Position numbers and translations under genes: made by a program
From: an uncultured Planctomycetaceae bacterium
GTDB taxonomy: Bacteria; Planctomycetota; Planctomycetia; Pirellulales; PALSA-1355
Assembly (NCBI GenBank): GCA_963785305.1
Contig: CAWAUV010000009.1
Location: 121,425 to 185,424 of the forward strand
Reading direction: 5' to 3'
DNA length: 64,000 nucleotides
Shown here: positions 20,579-32,782 of the stretch, piece after piece
How the letters are laid out: each line of letters opens with the position of its first letter
How positions within the stretch are numbered: the stretch's first letter is position 1
Notes under the pieces: model-generated
The model's input: only the letters and a program-made list of their open reading frames with translations
Told to the model about the DNA's origin: nothing
The model's database searches: none

Positions 20579-23419
20579 TTGAGCACCGACGGAAACGAGC
20601 CTCTCGACGAGAGCGACCTGCCTGTTCCCGAGCTTTCGCAAAGCGAACATGACGCCGACGCCCGCCGCAACATGACCGGGCGCCTGATCGATCTGCCGAT
20701 CGAAGACGAGCTCAAGGGCAGCTATCTCACCTACGCGATGAGCGTGATCGTGAGCCGCGCTGCCCGATGTGCGCGATGGGCTCAAGCCCTCGCAGCGCCG
20801 GATTCTCGTGGCGATGAACGACCTGAACCTGCGGCCCGGCGCCGCGCGCGTGAAGTGCGCGAAAATCTCGGGCGACACCAGCGGCAATTATCACCCGCAC
20901 GGCGAAAGCGTGATCTATCCCACGCTGGTGCGCATGGCCCAAGAGTGGAACATGCGGCATGTGCTGGTCGACAAGCAGGGCAACTTCGGTTCGATCGCCG
21001 GCTTGCCCGCCGCCGCCATGCGATACACCGAAGCGCGTCTCTCGCCGATCGCGGCCCTGATGCTCGACGACCTGGATCTCGACACCGTCGACTTCACTCC
21101 GACCTACGACGACAGCCGCCGCGAACCGAGCGTGTTGCCCTCGAAGTTTCCGAACCTGCTGGTCAATGGCGCCAACGGCATTGCCGTGGGCATGGCCACT
21201 TCGATTCCGCCGCATAACCTGGGCGAAGTGTGCACCGCCCTGATCGAACTGATCAACAATCCTGAAATCTCGATCGACGAATTGATGGAGTCGTGTCCCG
21301 GGCCTGATTTTCCCACCGGCAATATCATTTGCGGGCGCTCGGGCATTCGCCGCGGCTACCATAGCGGCCGCAGCACGATGGTGATTCGTGCGCGGGCTCG
21401 GATCGAGGAGCACGGCAAGAATCGAATGCGGATCGTGGTGAGCGAAGTGCCGTTTCAAGCGGCCCGCGACCGCATCGAGGAACGCATCGCCCAGCTCGTG
21501 AACGAAGACAAGATCAAGGGCATCTCGGCGATGCGCAACGAGAGCGACTTGAAGGAGCCGGTGCGATTGATCTTGGAGCTGAAGCGCGACGCCGATCCGG
21601 AAATCGTGCTCAACCAACTCTATGAATTTTCTCCGCTGCAAGACACCGTGTCGCTGATCTTCTTGGCGCTGGTCGATGGCAAGCCGCGCGTCATGTCGTT
21701 CAAGGCGATGCTCGAGGAATTCTTGCGGCATCGGCGCATCGTGATTCGACGCCGCACGCAATTCCTTTTGGCCAAGGCCCGCGCCCGCAAGCACACCGTC
21801 GAAGGGCTGCTGCTCGCGCACGCGAACATCGACGAAGTGATCCGCGTGATTCGCACTTCGAAGACCCAGCCCGAGGCCAAGGCGCGGATCATGGGCATCG
21901 AGACTCCGGCGGCGATGCTCGAGCGCGCCTGGGGCCGATCGGGTTCGGCCAATTTCAGACCGAGCGGGGCGTGGCGTCGACCTACACGCTCACCGCCGTG
22001 CAGGCCGAGGCGATTCTGCGCATGACGCTCGGTCAGCTCGTGAATCTGGAGCAAGAGCGACTCTCCACGGAACACGAAAAGCTGCTCGAGGAGATCGCCG
22101 AATACAACCGCATTCTCTCCGACGAACAGATCATCCTCGGCATGATTCGCGACGATCTCAACGAGATTCGCCGCAAACATGCCGACAAGCGCCGCACCGA
22201 GATCAGCGGCGAGGAGATCGGCTCGATCGGCCTCGAGGACCTGATCACCGAGGAAACGATGGTGGTCACGATCTCGCACCAGGGCTACATCAAGCGCACT
22301 GCGGCCAGCACCTATCGCGCCGAGCATCGCGGCGGCAAGGGACTCAAAGGCGCCAAGGCCGAGGACGAAGATCCGATCGAACACGTGTTCGCCGCCAGCA
22401 CCCACGACTACCTGCTGTTCTTCACCAATCGCGGCAAGGTGTATTGGCAAAAGGTCTACGACCTGCCGCAGCTTGCCCGCGAAAGCCGCGGCCGGGCGCT
22501 GGTGAATCTGCTCAACTTCGGCGATGGCGAAAAAGTCGCCGAATGCCTCGCGGTGCGCGATTTCAAGTTGCCGGACCATTTTCTCATGATGGTCACGCGC
22601 ACGGGACTCGTGAAGAAAACCGCGCTTGCCCAATATGGCCGACCGATGAAAGGCGGCATTATCGCGATCAAGCTGCGCGAAGACGACGAGCTGGTCGAGG
22701 TGGTGGTCACGCGCGCCGGCGACGAGCTGGTGCTCTCGACCGCCCGCGGCATGGCGATTCGATTCGGCGAAACCGACGCGCGTCCGATGGGCCGCAACAC
22801 GAGCGGCGTGAAGGGCATCAAGCTCGGGGCCGACGATCACCTGGTCGGCATGGTCGTGGCCGATCCCGAGGCGACATTGCTCACGGTGTGCGCCAAGGGC
22901 TATGGCAAGCGCACCTTCTTCGGCCCGAATAGCCCCGCGAGCGGAGAAGGCCCGCCGGCCGACGGCGACGAGGCCGAACTTCCCGGAGCCGGAGCGCCCG
23001 AAGCCGAGCTCGCCGAGGCCGAGACTCACGAGGCCGACACCGAGCTTCCCGAGGCCCCCGCCGAAGACGAAACCGACGACGAATCGGGCGGCTCTTCGGG
23101 CAATCGCTATCGCACCCAGCGGCGCGGCGGCAAGGGGCTGCGTGATATCAAGACCACGGATCGCAATGGCCCGGTGGTGAGCGTGGTCGATGTGCGCGAC
23201 GACGACGAAGTGTTGGTCATGACCGCCCGCGGCAAGTTGCAGCGATTCATCGCCGGCGAGATCAGCGTGATCGGCCGCAACACGCAGGGAGTGCGGATCA
23301 TGAGCCTCGACGATGGCGACACCGTGGCGGCCGTGGTGCGGGTGCCACGCGACGCGATCGGCCCAAAGGGCGAAGCCTCCGCCGCGACCAGCGACGAACC
23401 CGCGGGCGGCGAAAGCTGA
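20579..23419 (+). CDS. gyrA: DNA gyrase subunit A, split across three frames (frameshifts near 20760 and near 21950)
   Basis: N-terminus MSTDGNEPL...[17 protein letters not shown], then (+1 frame) [22 protein letters not shown]...[34 protein letters not shown] (QRDR region). The C-terminal beta-pinwheel with an acidic tail follows in a third frame. The first junction, agccgcgc(g)ctgccc, is a 1-nt loss in a CGCGCG run. Confidence 0.9.
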
Positions 23420-23454
23420 ACGAGCGATCGCCGCGCATTCGCAAGTCGGTGGCC

Positions 23455-26363
23455 CTATTTGTTTGCCGCTTCGGTCAAGTCGGCGAGGCGTTTCTTGGCC
23501 CTGAGCTGCGCCAAGCCATCCAGACGCGGGACGACCTCTTGATACAACGACGCGCAGTGTTCGGCGAATCGGGCCTTATCGTGCCCCATCGCCGAATCGA
23601 CGACGCCATGCCATGCGTCGGCGAGCGCGAGTGCCTCGGCGTCGGTCTTTCGCGGACCGCTTTCGAGCGTCGCGGCGTCCTTGATGGCGGAGTCCGCGCA
23701 CTTCACGAAATAGGGCAATGCGTTCGGCCAATCGTTTTTGTTGAACGCGTAATATTTTCCCAGCGTGAGAGCCGCGGCCGGGTCCTGGTTTTCCTCGAAT
23801 GATTTGCGAGCCGTCGCCACCGTGGCCGCCAATGCGGCCTGCCCCTTGTATTCGGCCTGGCGGGCCGCGATCGTCTTACCAAGGTCGCGGTCCTTCTGCG
23901 CGGCGGGCGTGCAAGAGCGCGGCGGCGATGAGTTTGTTCGCCGACTCGAAGTTTTCGGCGTCGGCGGCTTGGTCGGCGATCGCCTGCAAGCCACCGGCCA
24001 GATCGGCGCGAGCTTGCGGCGCCAACGACATCTTGGCGAAGGCGTCGAGTTCGGCGGTCACCAGATCCGTCGTCTTCACGGCGAAGGTTTGCCCCATGCT
24101 CGCGATGATTCTCAGCAATAGCGACGCGTCGCCGCCGGAGCGGGCCAGATCGCGGGCTTCGGTGAGCAGCATGTATTTTTCGGCCGGCATGGCAGTGCCG
24201 CCCGCTTGACTGAAAAGCTTATCCGCCAACACGGCTTTGTCAGCCGGTTTTTTCGCCTTGGCGTAATCATCGCCGAAGGCGTCATTCAAAGTGGCGAGGG
24301 CCGTCGCTTGCGCGGCGGCGTCGGGAATCGGGGCGAGCGAGGCGAGGTCCGGCGGCGGCGCCGGCGCGGCACGTGGCGCCCCGCCCAGCCGCCAGAGATA
24401 AATGACTCCCGATCGGTCCTCCGAAGCCGCGAGCCGTCCGTCAGCGCAGGATTCTAGGAGGAAAGCGCTGGCTGCATGGCCCACGAGCGACGCCACGCGT
24501 TCTCGACGGCTGCAATTGTAGATGCGAATCGGTCCGGCCGTGTTGGCGCAGATAATCCGCTTGTTGTCGAACATGAACTCCATGGCGGCCCCGTCGCCCT
24601 GCTCCACCGTAATCGGCGGTTCTTCGACCCCGGTGACGACATTCAGAAGTTTCAACCGCGTCGAATTGTATGGGTAGATGGCGAGTCTGCCGTCGTCCGA
24701 GATCACGATTCGGTCGTGCATCGCGAACTGCTTGCTGTCAACCACGTAGGTGCGCTGTGATTTCAGATCGTAAGCGATGTTGTAACTGCCGGACTTCACG
24801 GCGCGACCATTGGCTTGATCCTCGAACAAATCACCGCGGAGGAATACGTACCTGCCGTGCGGCGAAAGCGTTTGAATATAGGGCAAACTCGGGATTTCAG
24901 TCTGGAATGTCGTTTCCCAAGTCACACCGTCGACCGACCGCAATTTCCATTTCCCGCCAGAATAGGCCGCATACGCGAAATACCGCCCGTCGGCGGAAAC
25001 AGCGATCGTACTTTGCCCTATTTTCGCGATCCGGCTTTGCTCGCCGCGCTGAAAAGGAGTCAATCCCCAGAACGCGTCCGAATGAAGCAGCAAAAACGTC
25101 TTGCTATCCGACGAGAAGGTCGCCAGGCTCAAGTGCGCGCCCGTCAAATCTGCGGTCGATCGATCGCCGCTTGTCGTGTCATAAAAGTTCACCACCGTGG
25201 GCGAGCCGAACGCAACGTAGCGCCCGCCCGGCGACATCCGTAAAAAATACTGCGTGCCACCCTGATCTTGCAACTTCATCAACGGGCTGATGATGTCGCA
25301 CTCGCCGAGCGCGGCGACCGGATTGGGGCCGGCCACCGCGGCCGTGGGTCCGTGTGCAACCGGATCGGCATTTTGCGGCCCCGCCGGCCCAGTCGTGTTG
25401 GAATCTGGGGCCGGCGCCACGTTACTCACCGGCGACGGGGGCAGCATTGCCGTGGATTGGGCTGGCGCGGCGGGCGGAGTTGGCGCGGCGGGCGGAGTTG
25501 ACGCGGCGGGCGGAGTTGACGCGGCGGGCGGAGTTGAATCCGTTACTGGCGGCGGCGTCGGGTTCGGCGGCGCATCGCTCTCGGAGGGCGCGATTGCGCT
25601 CGGCGCATCCGCCGTGTTACCAGGGCTGGAATTCGTGGAAGCGGCGATGACGCTTTCGCTGCCGTCGGTGGATTGACTTTCGGCGGAGCTTTTTTCCGGC
25701 GAGCCTTGCGAGGGAGCGGCGATCGACTCGTCGGGTTGTGCCGCGGCGCGCCGCGCCCGATCGCGCGGAGTTCGATGCCACCTCTTCCTGGCGATTCCCA
25801 TCCGAGGCTTGCTTCTGAAACGCAAACCAGCCGATGCCGGCGATCGCCACCAGCGCGCCGCCGATGATCGCGCCGGCCAGACCGCCGGAAGACCGCTTCG
25901 GTTGACGCTTGCGAGCGCTGCTCCGGCCCGCGGGTGCGCGATTTTCCGCTATTGAGCCGTGGACAAAATCAAGCTCGCTATTTGCCGGGGTCGGGCTCGC
26001 GGCGGCGGGCGCCGGCGCCGCGGGAACCGCCAAATCGACGACGGGACCGCGAGCATTGGTTTGCGCCGCGGCAAGGCGAGCCCGCAGCGCCTCGTCATAC
26101 GCGGCCTTTTTCGCCGGATCGAGCAACACTACCCGCGCCCTTGCGAGCGCATTCAGCACCTGCTGGGAAACCGCGCGATACGGCCCGGCCTGATAGCGCC
26201 GCACATGCGCCATTTGGCGATCGGCTCCGCTTTCGATCACTTCCGCGTCGGACTCGAATCGCGTGATGCCGAGCAGGCGGTAGTGATCCGCGGGCTGCTC
26301 GTGCGGCGGGATTCCCAGCCAGCGGCGGTAGGGGTCAAAAGGTTGTGACGCGGAATCGACCAT
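23455..26363 (-). CDS. Multidomain protein: degenerate J-like domain (no HPD), TM helix, Pro/Ala/Thr-rich linker, beta-propeller-like repeat region, alpha-helical C-domain; two apparent frameshifts (near 25720 and near 23910)
   Basis: N-terminus DPYRRWLGIPPHEQPADHYRLLGITRFESD...RVVLLDPAKKAAYDE aligns to J-domain helices II-III but has HVRRYQAGP in place of HPD. The TM segment is LAGAIIGGALVAIAGIGWFAF. The three frames join into a protein colinear with the downstream paralog 26504..30047. Confidence 0.6.
25464..25538. repeat. 18-bp tandem repeat x4 inside the coding sequence (encodes TPPAAS/TPPAAP units)
   Basis: GCGCGGCGGGCGGAGTTG(G/A)C repeated four times. Lies in the Pro-rich linker of the J-like/propeller protein. 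Confidence 0.6.
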
Positions 26364-26503
26364 GCGCTTCGTTTCAAGAGTCGGCGTTTGCGAGACGTCG
26401 CGATCTCCGCGAGCGGAGGAGATCGCGGAATTTCATGACCATTGGAAATTCTGAAAAATCGCGACGACGAGGGAAAGACGGGGCGGCGATCTATTGGCGC
26501 CGG

Positions 26504-29500
26504 TTATTTCTTTTCGGCCTCGATCAGTTCGGCGAGGCGTTTCTTGGCTTTGACTTGCGCCAAGCCATCGAGCCGGGGCAGCGCCTCGCGATACCACACG
26601 ACGCTGTGCGCGAGGAATTTCGCCTTTTCGCGGCCGGCGGCGGCTTCGCCCACCGCGTGCCAGGCATCGGCGACGGCAAGCTGTTCGCCCGGAGTCTTGG
26701 GCGGGGCGAGCTCGAGGGTAGCGGCCTCTTTGATACCGGCATCGGAACATTTGGCCAAGTGCGGCAGGGCTGCTTCCCAGTCATTCCTGCCGAAGGCGAA
26801 ATACTTGCCGACGGTGAGATCGGCCACCGGATTATCGCCTGCTTCGAGCGACTTGCGAGCTGCCTTGACCTCGGCGGCTTGTTCACCTTGCTCTTTCACG
26901 TCGGCCTGACGCACGGCAATGGCCTTGGTGAGCTCGCGGTTCTTCGCGCGTTTGGCATTGACCAGCGCGGCGGCGAGCAGCTTCGCGGCGGCGTCGACAT
27001 TTTCGGTCGCCACCGCGTCTTCGGCCAGCGCCACGAGGCCCTCGGCAAAGTCCGACCGAACCTGAACCGTGAGCGGCGCCTTCCCGAACGCCTCGACATC
27101 CGCGAGCACGACTTCCGACGCATCGATCGAAAATGTCTGGCTCATGCGCGTTACTATTCGCAAGTAGAGCGCGGCGTCGCCGCTCGCGCGAGCCATGTCG
27201 CGCTTCGGCGAGCAGCATGAATTTATCGGCGGGCGAGGCGGTCGCCCCGGCCTGATCGTTCAATTTTTCCGCCAGCGCGGCTTTCTCGGCAGGTTTTCGC
27301 GCTTTGGCGTATTCGTCGCCAAACGCTTCTTTCAACGTCGCGAGCGCTTTGGCTTTGGCGCCATCGTCGGGAACAGGCAAGCGAGCGACGTCACGGGAAC
27401 CGCCGCGCTTCGCCGTTACTCCCAATCGCCAGATGAGCACCCGCCCGGTCGAATCGGCCGAAGCCGCGACGCGCGCGTTGGTGGAAAAACTCATGCCGAC
27501 CACGGCCGAATTATGTCCGATCAGCGATGCGACGCATTCGCGGCGAGCGATATCCAATATGCGAATCGGCCCCGCAGTGCTGGCGCGGATAAATCGCTTA
27601 TCGTCGGCCGAGAACATAACATGCCATACGTAGTCCACGGCGATGGGGGTCGGCGGATCTTCAACACTCGTGGCGACATTCAAATATCGCACGAACGGCG
27701 TATTCGTGGTGCAAATCCCCAACTTGCCATCGTCGGAAATTGCATTTTGATCTCCGGGATTGCCGTACTTTAGGGGTATTGAAAACGACCGTTGGGACTT
27801 CAAATCGAAGGCGCTGTAAAATTCTCCCGCCGCGCGGAAATTGCCATTCTCATCCGTCTTGAACAAATTGCCTCGCGCCGCGACAAATTTCCCATGCGGT
27901 GAAATATCCAGATGATTCAGGGAGCCAGGAAATTCGGTTTGATATGCGAGTTTTCCATTAAGCACATCAAATGCCGTTAGCGTGGAGTTCCCTGAAATTG
28001 TAGTGGCCAAGACCACGATCCGACCATCGGCTGAAATAACACTCCAGTGAAACGTTTTCGGCAATTCCATGATTGGACGCTGTTCGCCGCGCTGCGCTGG
28101 GCTCAAAGCCCAAAGACCACTCGAATGAAGCAGCATGAGCTGCTTGCTATCGGGCGAAAACCCCGTGCGGCTCAAATGCACCCCGGTCAACGGGACCTCC
28201 GACTGCTCACCAGTTTTCATGTCGAAAAAATTGACGTTCGACCGCAGGCCCCAGGCGACATAGCGTCCGTCTGGCGAGACATTCACAAAGGTCGGCTGGG
28301 TTCCATTCTCCTGCACCGTTTTAAACGGCGCAATGACTTCGCCTTGATCCGCTGTGGCGCTCACGCCGGGATTCGTGAAGACAACGCCGGGCGCGGGTGG
28401 CGTGTTCGGGGCAACCGGCACATTCGAATTCGCGGCGACCTGAGTTGGCGCCGCCGCCGGTGGCACGGCTGCCGGTTGGTTCCCCGCCGGTTGGTTCCCC
28501 GCCGGCGAGGTCGGCAACATCGCCGTCGGTTGGACCTGCTGCGTCGGCGATTCCGTGGCGGCGAGCGGCTGCGTTTGGCCGGTCGGAACCAGGGACGTCT
28601 CGCGCAGGAACGTCGGCTCCTCGCCGCTAAGCGATCGCAACCTCAGAAACCTCGCGCTGTAGGCGCCGGAAATGCCGCCCAGGAACAGCTCTTTGCTCTC
28701 GGGCGCCGCCAAGTCGCCGGAACATCCGAGGCGATCGACCCCGTCGGCCCAAGTGAATTGACGTTTTCCATCGACAAACAGCGCCACTCCCTTTTGACGC
28801 ACGACGATCGTGATATCGTGCTCCGCCTCGCCTTCAAGCAATGCGCCGAAATGGGTCGGATCCTCGGCGTCGCCCTCTTGGCGATGGAACTCATGCACCG
28901 TGGTGCGGCTGCCGCTCCAAGCGTCGATCAAGAGCGCGAAATACGCGGCGCCCGACGACAACCCCAGGTCGATCTCCGAGGCCGGGTTTTGTTTCTTCGC
29001 CTTGAATCGAAGGACATACTCCTTCGGCGGAACGACCGCGAGCATCGAGCGGGCCCGGGTCCCCGTCGGATTACAGTTCAGCACTAATTTCTGAAACAAT
29101 GCGTTGTCGATTGTCTTTGGTTCCGCTCGCGTCGATGACAGCAGATCCCACCAGCGCGGATCGCCCTCGTCGCGCTTCACATCAAAATCGTCGCGAACAC
29201 GCCGCGAATTGCTCGTGGTTGACGCCGGGGTCCCTGGCTCCGGAGATTTATCCGAGTCGTCGCTCGGCATCGAGGTCGGCCGGTCGCTCGCGGGCGGCGA
29301 CGAAGCCGCTTCCACTGGCGGCGTGGCTTGGCTACCGCTGGTGTCGGGCTTGCCGTCCGATCGGGGTCGGCTGCTCGCGTTTGCCCGGCCGGGCGATGGC
29401 GGCGAAGAGGCGGCCGTCGAGGCCGAAGCGAGTTTTTCATGCTTGGATTCGGTCGCGGAATGCTGCCGCCAGACAAACCAGGCGACCGCGAGGATCGCCA

Positions 29501-30047
29501 GCAGCGAGGGAACCGCAACCAGGGCGACGGTCTTGCCCGTATCACGCGTCGGGCGGCGCTTCGAGCGGGTTCGCCCGATCGGTTCGCGCGCCTCGGCGAG
29601 CGACTCGCCGACAAAGGCAAAGTCGTTGCTCGCCGGCGCCGCCGCGACCGGAGCGCTCTTTACTGGCGCGGCTTGGGCTGAAGCGCCCTGAACTGGCGCT
29701 ACCGAAGCGCCGACCACCGGTGTCGTTTGACTTGCCGTCGCCGGGGCGGTCGAGCCGAGCCGGGCACGCAACTGCTGATCGTAAGCCGCTTTCTTCGCGG
29801 GGTTTAGCAGCACGATCCGCGCGACGGCCAACTCATTGAGCACCCGCTGTGAAATGACGCTATGCGGCCCGGTCTTAAACCGCTGCACATGGGCCATCTG
29901 CCGGTCCGCCCCGCTTTCGATCACATCGAGGTCGGCTTCGAACTGGGTCACGCCGAGCAGACGGTAATAGTCCGCCGGCTGCTCGTTGGGCGGAATTCCC
30001 AGCCAGCGGCGATAGGGATCAAAGGGTTGCGAGGCCGGGTTGGTCAT
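26504..30047 (-). CDS. Paralog of 23455..26363 (J-like domain, TM, long Pro/Ala/Ser linker, beta-propeller-like region, alpha-helical C-domain), ~1180 aa, one apparent frameshift near 27190
   Basis: N-terminus MTNPASQPFDPYRRWLGIPPNEQPADYYRLLGVTQFEADLDVIESGADRQMAHVQRFKTGPH...PAKKAAYDQQLRARL. The C-terminal domain in the 26504..27196 frame is colinear with the paralog's C-terminus. A 15-bp tandem repeat (PAGNQ) lies at about 28471..28505. Confidence 0.65.
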
Positions 30048-30274
30048 TCCATTCGCCTAAATTTCATCCAAAACAAGTAGAATTTGCCTCTTCCCTGAAA
30101 AACCCGTTACAGTATAGCCAACGGGGGATGGGCACTCAACCGTTTCTAGCCAAAGAACATGCGCGAACAGGCTCGGATTTCGTCCATGAAAACCATCGTC
30201 GATCGCCGCCCCCCTCGAATCGACGTCGATTTGCCCCAATCAGCCCACATATTACCGCATCGTTCAGAAAACTC

Positions 30275-31081
30275 ATGCGGTTCGCCGTCATTTTTCTTTT
30301 CGGGGGTGTTCGATGGCTTGGAGTCAGCAGATCATTGCTCATCGGGGCGCATCGCACGAACGCGCCCGAAAATACCCTGGCCGCGTTTCAACTCGCCTGG
30401 CGCCAGGGGGCCGATGGCATCGAAGGCGACTTCTATCTCACGCGCGATAAACAGATCGTGTGTATCCACGACGCATCGACCGGCCGCACCGGCGACAAGA
30501 ACCTGAAGGTTGCCGAAGCAACGCTCGCCGAACTGAAGACCGTGGATGTGGGTCTCAAAAAGGGCGAGCCGTTCCGCGGCGAACGCATTCCCACTTTGGC
30601 CGAAGTTTTGGCCATCGTGCCGCCGGGCAAGCGCATTTTTATCGAGGTCAAATGTGGACCCGAAATTCTCCCGGCGCTCGAGCAAACGCTCGCCGCCGCG
30701 AACATCGCCGACGAACACGTGGCGATCATCGCCTTTAGCGACAAGGTCATTGAAGCGGCGCGGCGTCGGCTGCCCAAGGTCGCGGCCTATTGGCTCGTGG
30801 CGCTCAAGCGCGACCCAGCCCAAGCGAATCGCCCCTCGCCCGACCCGACCCAAATCGAACAAACGCTCCGCCGCATCGGCGCGTCGGGCGTCAACATCGG
30901 GGTCGAAGATCGGCTTTTCGAGGCCGAGGCCGCGGCGAGCATTCGCCAAGCCGGCTTCGAGATCCACTGCTGGACGGTCGACACCGAGCAGCTCGCTCGC
31001 TATTGCCGACAGCTCGAAGCAAAATCGATCACGACAAATCGCCCGGCGGAGCTTCGCGCGGAGCTGTCGAGGTCGCCCTGA
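30275..31081 (+). CDS. Glycerophosphodiester phosphodiesterase family protein
   Basis: LIGAHRTNAPENTLAAFQLAWRQGADGIEGDFYLTRDKQIVCIHD shows the GDPD catalytic His/Arg/Glu/Asp pattern. Start placed at an in-frame ATG preceding a hydrophobic N-terminus; the ORF track starts earlier, at 30128. Confidence 0.75.
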   Translation: MRFAVIFLFGGVRWLGVSRSLLIGAHRTNAPENTLAAFQLAWRQGADGIEGDFYLTRDKQIVCIHDASTGRTGDKNLKVAEATLAELKTVDVGLKKGEPFRGERIPTLAEVLAIVPPGKRIFIEVKCGPEILPALEQTLAAANIADEHVAIIAFSDKVIEAARRRLPKVAAYWLVALKRDPAQANRPSPDPTQIEQTLRRIGASGVNIGVEDRLFEAEAAASIRQAGFEIHCWTVDTEQLARYCRQLEAKSITTNRPAELRAELSRSP

Positions 31082-31098
31082 GAGGGGGGCGGCGCCAC

Positions 31099-31199
31099 TT
31101 GGCGGCTCGCTCGCGCATGCGACAGGCTGCCGTTCTAGTCACTATATATATAATGTCAGTACATCTTGGCGGCTCGCTCGCGCATGCGACAGGCTGCCG
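31099..31199. repeat. Two perfect 34-bp direct repeats (CTTGGCGGCTCGCTCGCGCATGCGACAGGCTGCC) flanking a 33-bp AT-rich spacer that contains TATATATATAAT
   Basis: Seen directly. Each repeat contains the 8-bp palindrome CGCATGCG. Followed at 31243..31277 by (G)GCGCGGAG x4. Lies between GDPD and the SPFH gene. Confidence 0.6.
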
Positions 31200-31484
31200 G
31201 CGAACGGTTTAACATATCGAGACACGCGACGACGGAAGTCTCGCGCGGAGGCGCGGAGGGCGCGGAGGGCGCGGAGAAAACAGGCTGATCGAACCGACGC
31301 CGGGCGCCGACTTCCGCCGCGCGTCTCGGCGCGGCTTCACGAAATTGGCGGTCGCTCGAATCGCGGCCGACTCCGAATAGCACATCCACATGACACATTG
31401 TTCCGACTCTTGAATCACGGGATCGTGATCTGTTCGCGTCGCGTCGATTCTCCCGAGATCGGCCCCAATTGCGGAAAGGTTCCC

Positions 31485-32782
31485 ATGGCAAACGTTAGAA
31501 ACCACGCTTTCAAGATCGCGGCGACTCTTTTACTTGTCGCCGGCTATGCGGCACTCACTTCGGCGATGCAGCGTGACCGCGAGGTCGCGAGCACGGAACA
31601 GGCGGCCGGGCAATTGGCCGACGACTCGGGGCGATCGACCGAAATCGCGAAAGAAAACTCGATTGTGGCCAGCAACCGTTACATGGTCGGTTGGTTGATC
31701 GTGGGCGGCGCGTCGCTTTTGATCTTGCTGGGCGACCCCAGGAAATACTTCGCTCCGGCGGCCATGCTTACGCTTGTCACTTTCACCGGCTGCTACCGGC
31801 CTTTCGAGCCGGTGAAGCTCGAAACGATCGGGCCCAGCGAGATCGCGTTTTTGTTGCCCTATCAGGGCGACGCCCGAAAGCAAACCTCGTCGGAAAATGA
31901 AGCGTACAGCGAGGAGAATCTCGTCTACACGAAGCAAGTGAAGATTCCGCAGCAGTGGATTCCCAAAGGCTACGAAACCTTCGGCCCCAACGGCATCTGG
32001 CAAGACGCCGCCGAACTGATTCGCGTGGACATGGCGCCGGTCACTCGCGAGTGGACCGCCGACCCGAACAGCGGCACGAGCAACAAGAACGAAGCGGTTT
32101 GGGTGATGACCTCCGATCAGGTCGAGTTCTCGACCGGTTGGACCTGCACGGCGCGGATCGTGGGCCGCGACGACGCCGTGAAGTTTTTGCACAATTATCC
32201 CAACGGCTCCCTGCAAAAGGTCATGGACATGGAGGTGCGCTCGAAGCTGCAATCGGCCTTTGGCCTCGAAGTGACCGATCTGCCGATGGAAACATTGCGC
32301 AAGGCGGCCACTCCGCACATCGTGAATGTGTCCAAGGAGATCACCGAGTTCTTCAAGCCGCGCGGGATCACGATCACGAATCTCGGCATCACGGGCGGCT
32401 TCGTCTACAAGGACAAGACAATCCTCGACACCATGGTCAAGGTGTTCAACGCCGAGCAGGAGAAAGCCATCGCCAGCGCCGAGACGCGGCCCAGGAGGAG
32501 CGAAACAAGAAGGTGATTCTCGAAGCCACGGGCAAGGCCGACGCGCTGCTGAAAACCAAGGAAGCCGAAGCGGCCGGCATCAAGCTGGTCGCCGACGCCA
32601 AGCTGTATGAACTCGAACAAGCCAAGGGTCAACTCGAAGCGTATATCTCGCTCAAGCAACTCGAATTGCAAAAGGAGCTGCTGACTCGCTGGGACGGCGC
32701 CTACCCGCGGAACTACATGAGCTCCTCCGGCGCGAGCCCCAGCCTGCTGCTGCAACTTCCGCCGCTCGATGCGACAAAGTAG
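31485..32782 (+). CDS. SPFH/band-7 (stomatin/prohibitin-like) domain membrane protein, apparent frameshift near 32480
   Basis: N-terminal TM (GWLIVGGASLLILLG). C-terminal coiled region KADALLKTKEAEAAGIKLVADAKLYELEQAKGQLEAYISLKQLELQKEL is typical of SPFH C-termini. RBS GGAAAGG lies before the ATG. The junction lies in gagacgcggcc. Confidence 0.55.

Noticed and set aside
31099-31199. Possible minimal CRISPR array (34-bp repeat, 33-bp spacer, 34-bp repeat)
   Set aside because: Only two repeats. No cas genes anywhere in the window. The spacer is an AT-rich TATA-like tract typical of a promoter. More consistent with regulatory direct repeats or a local duplication.
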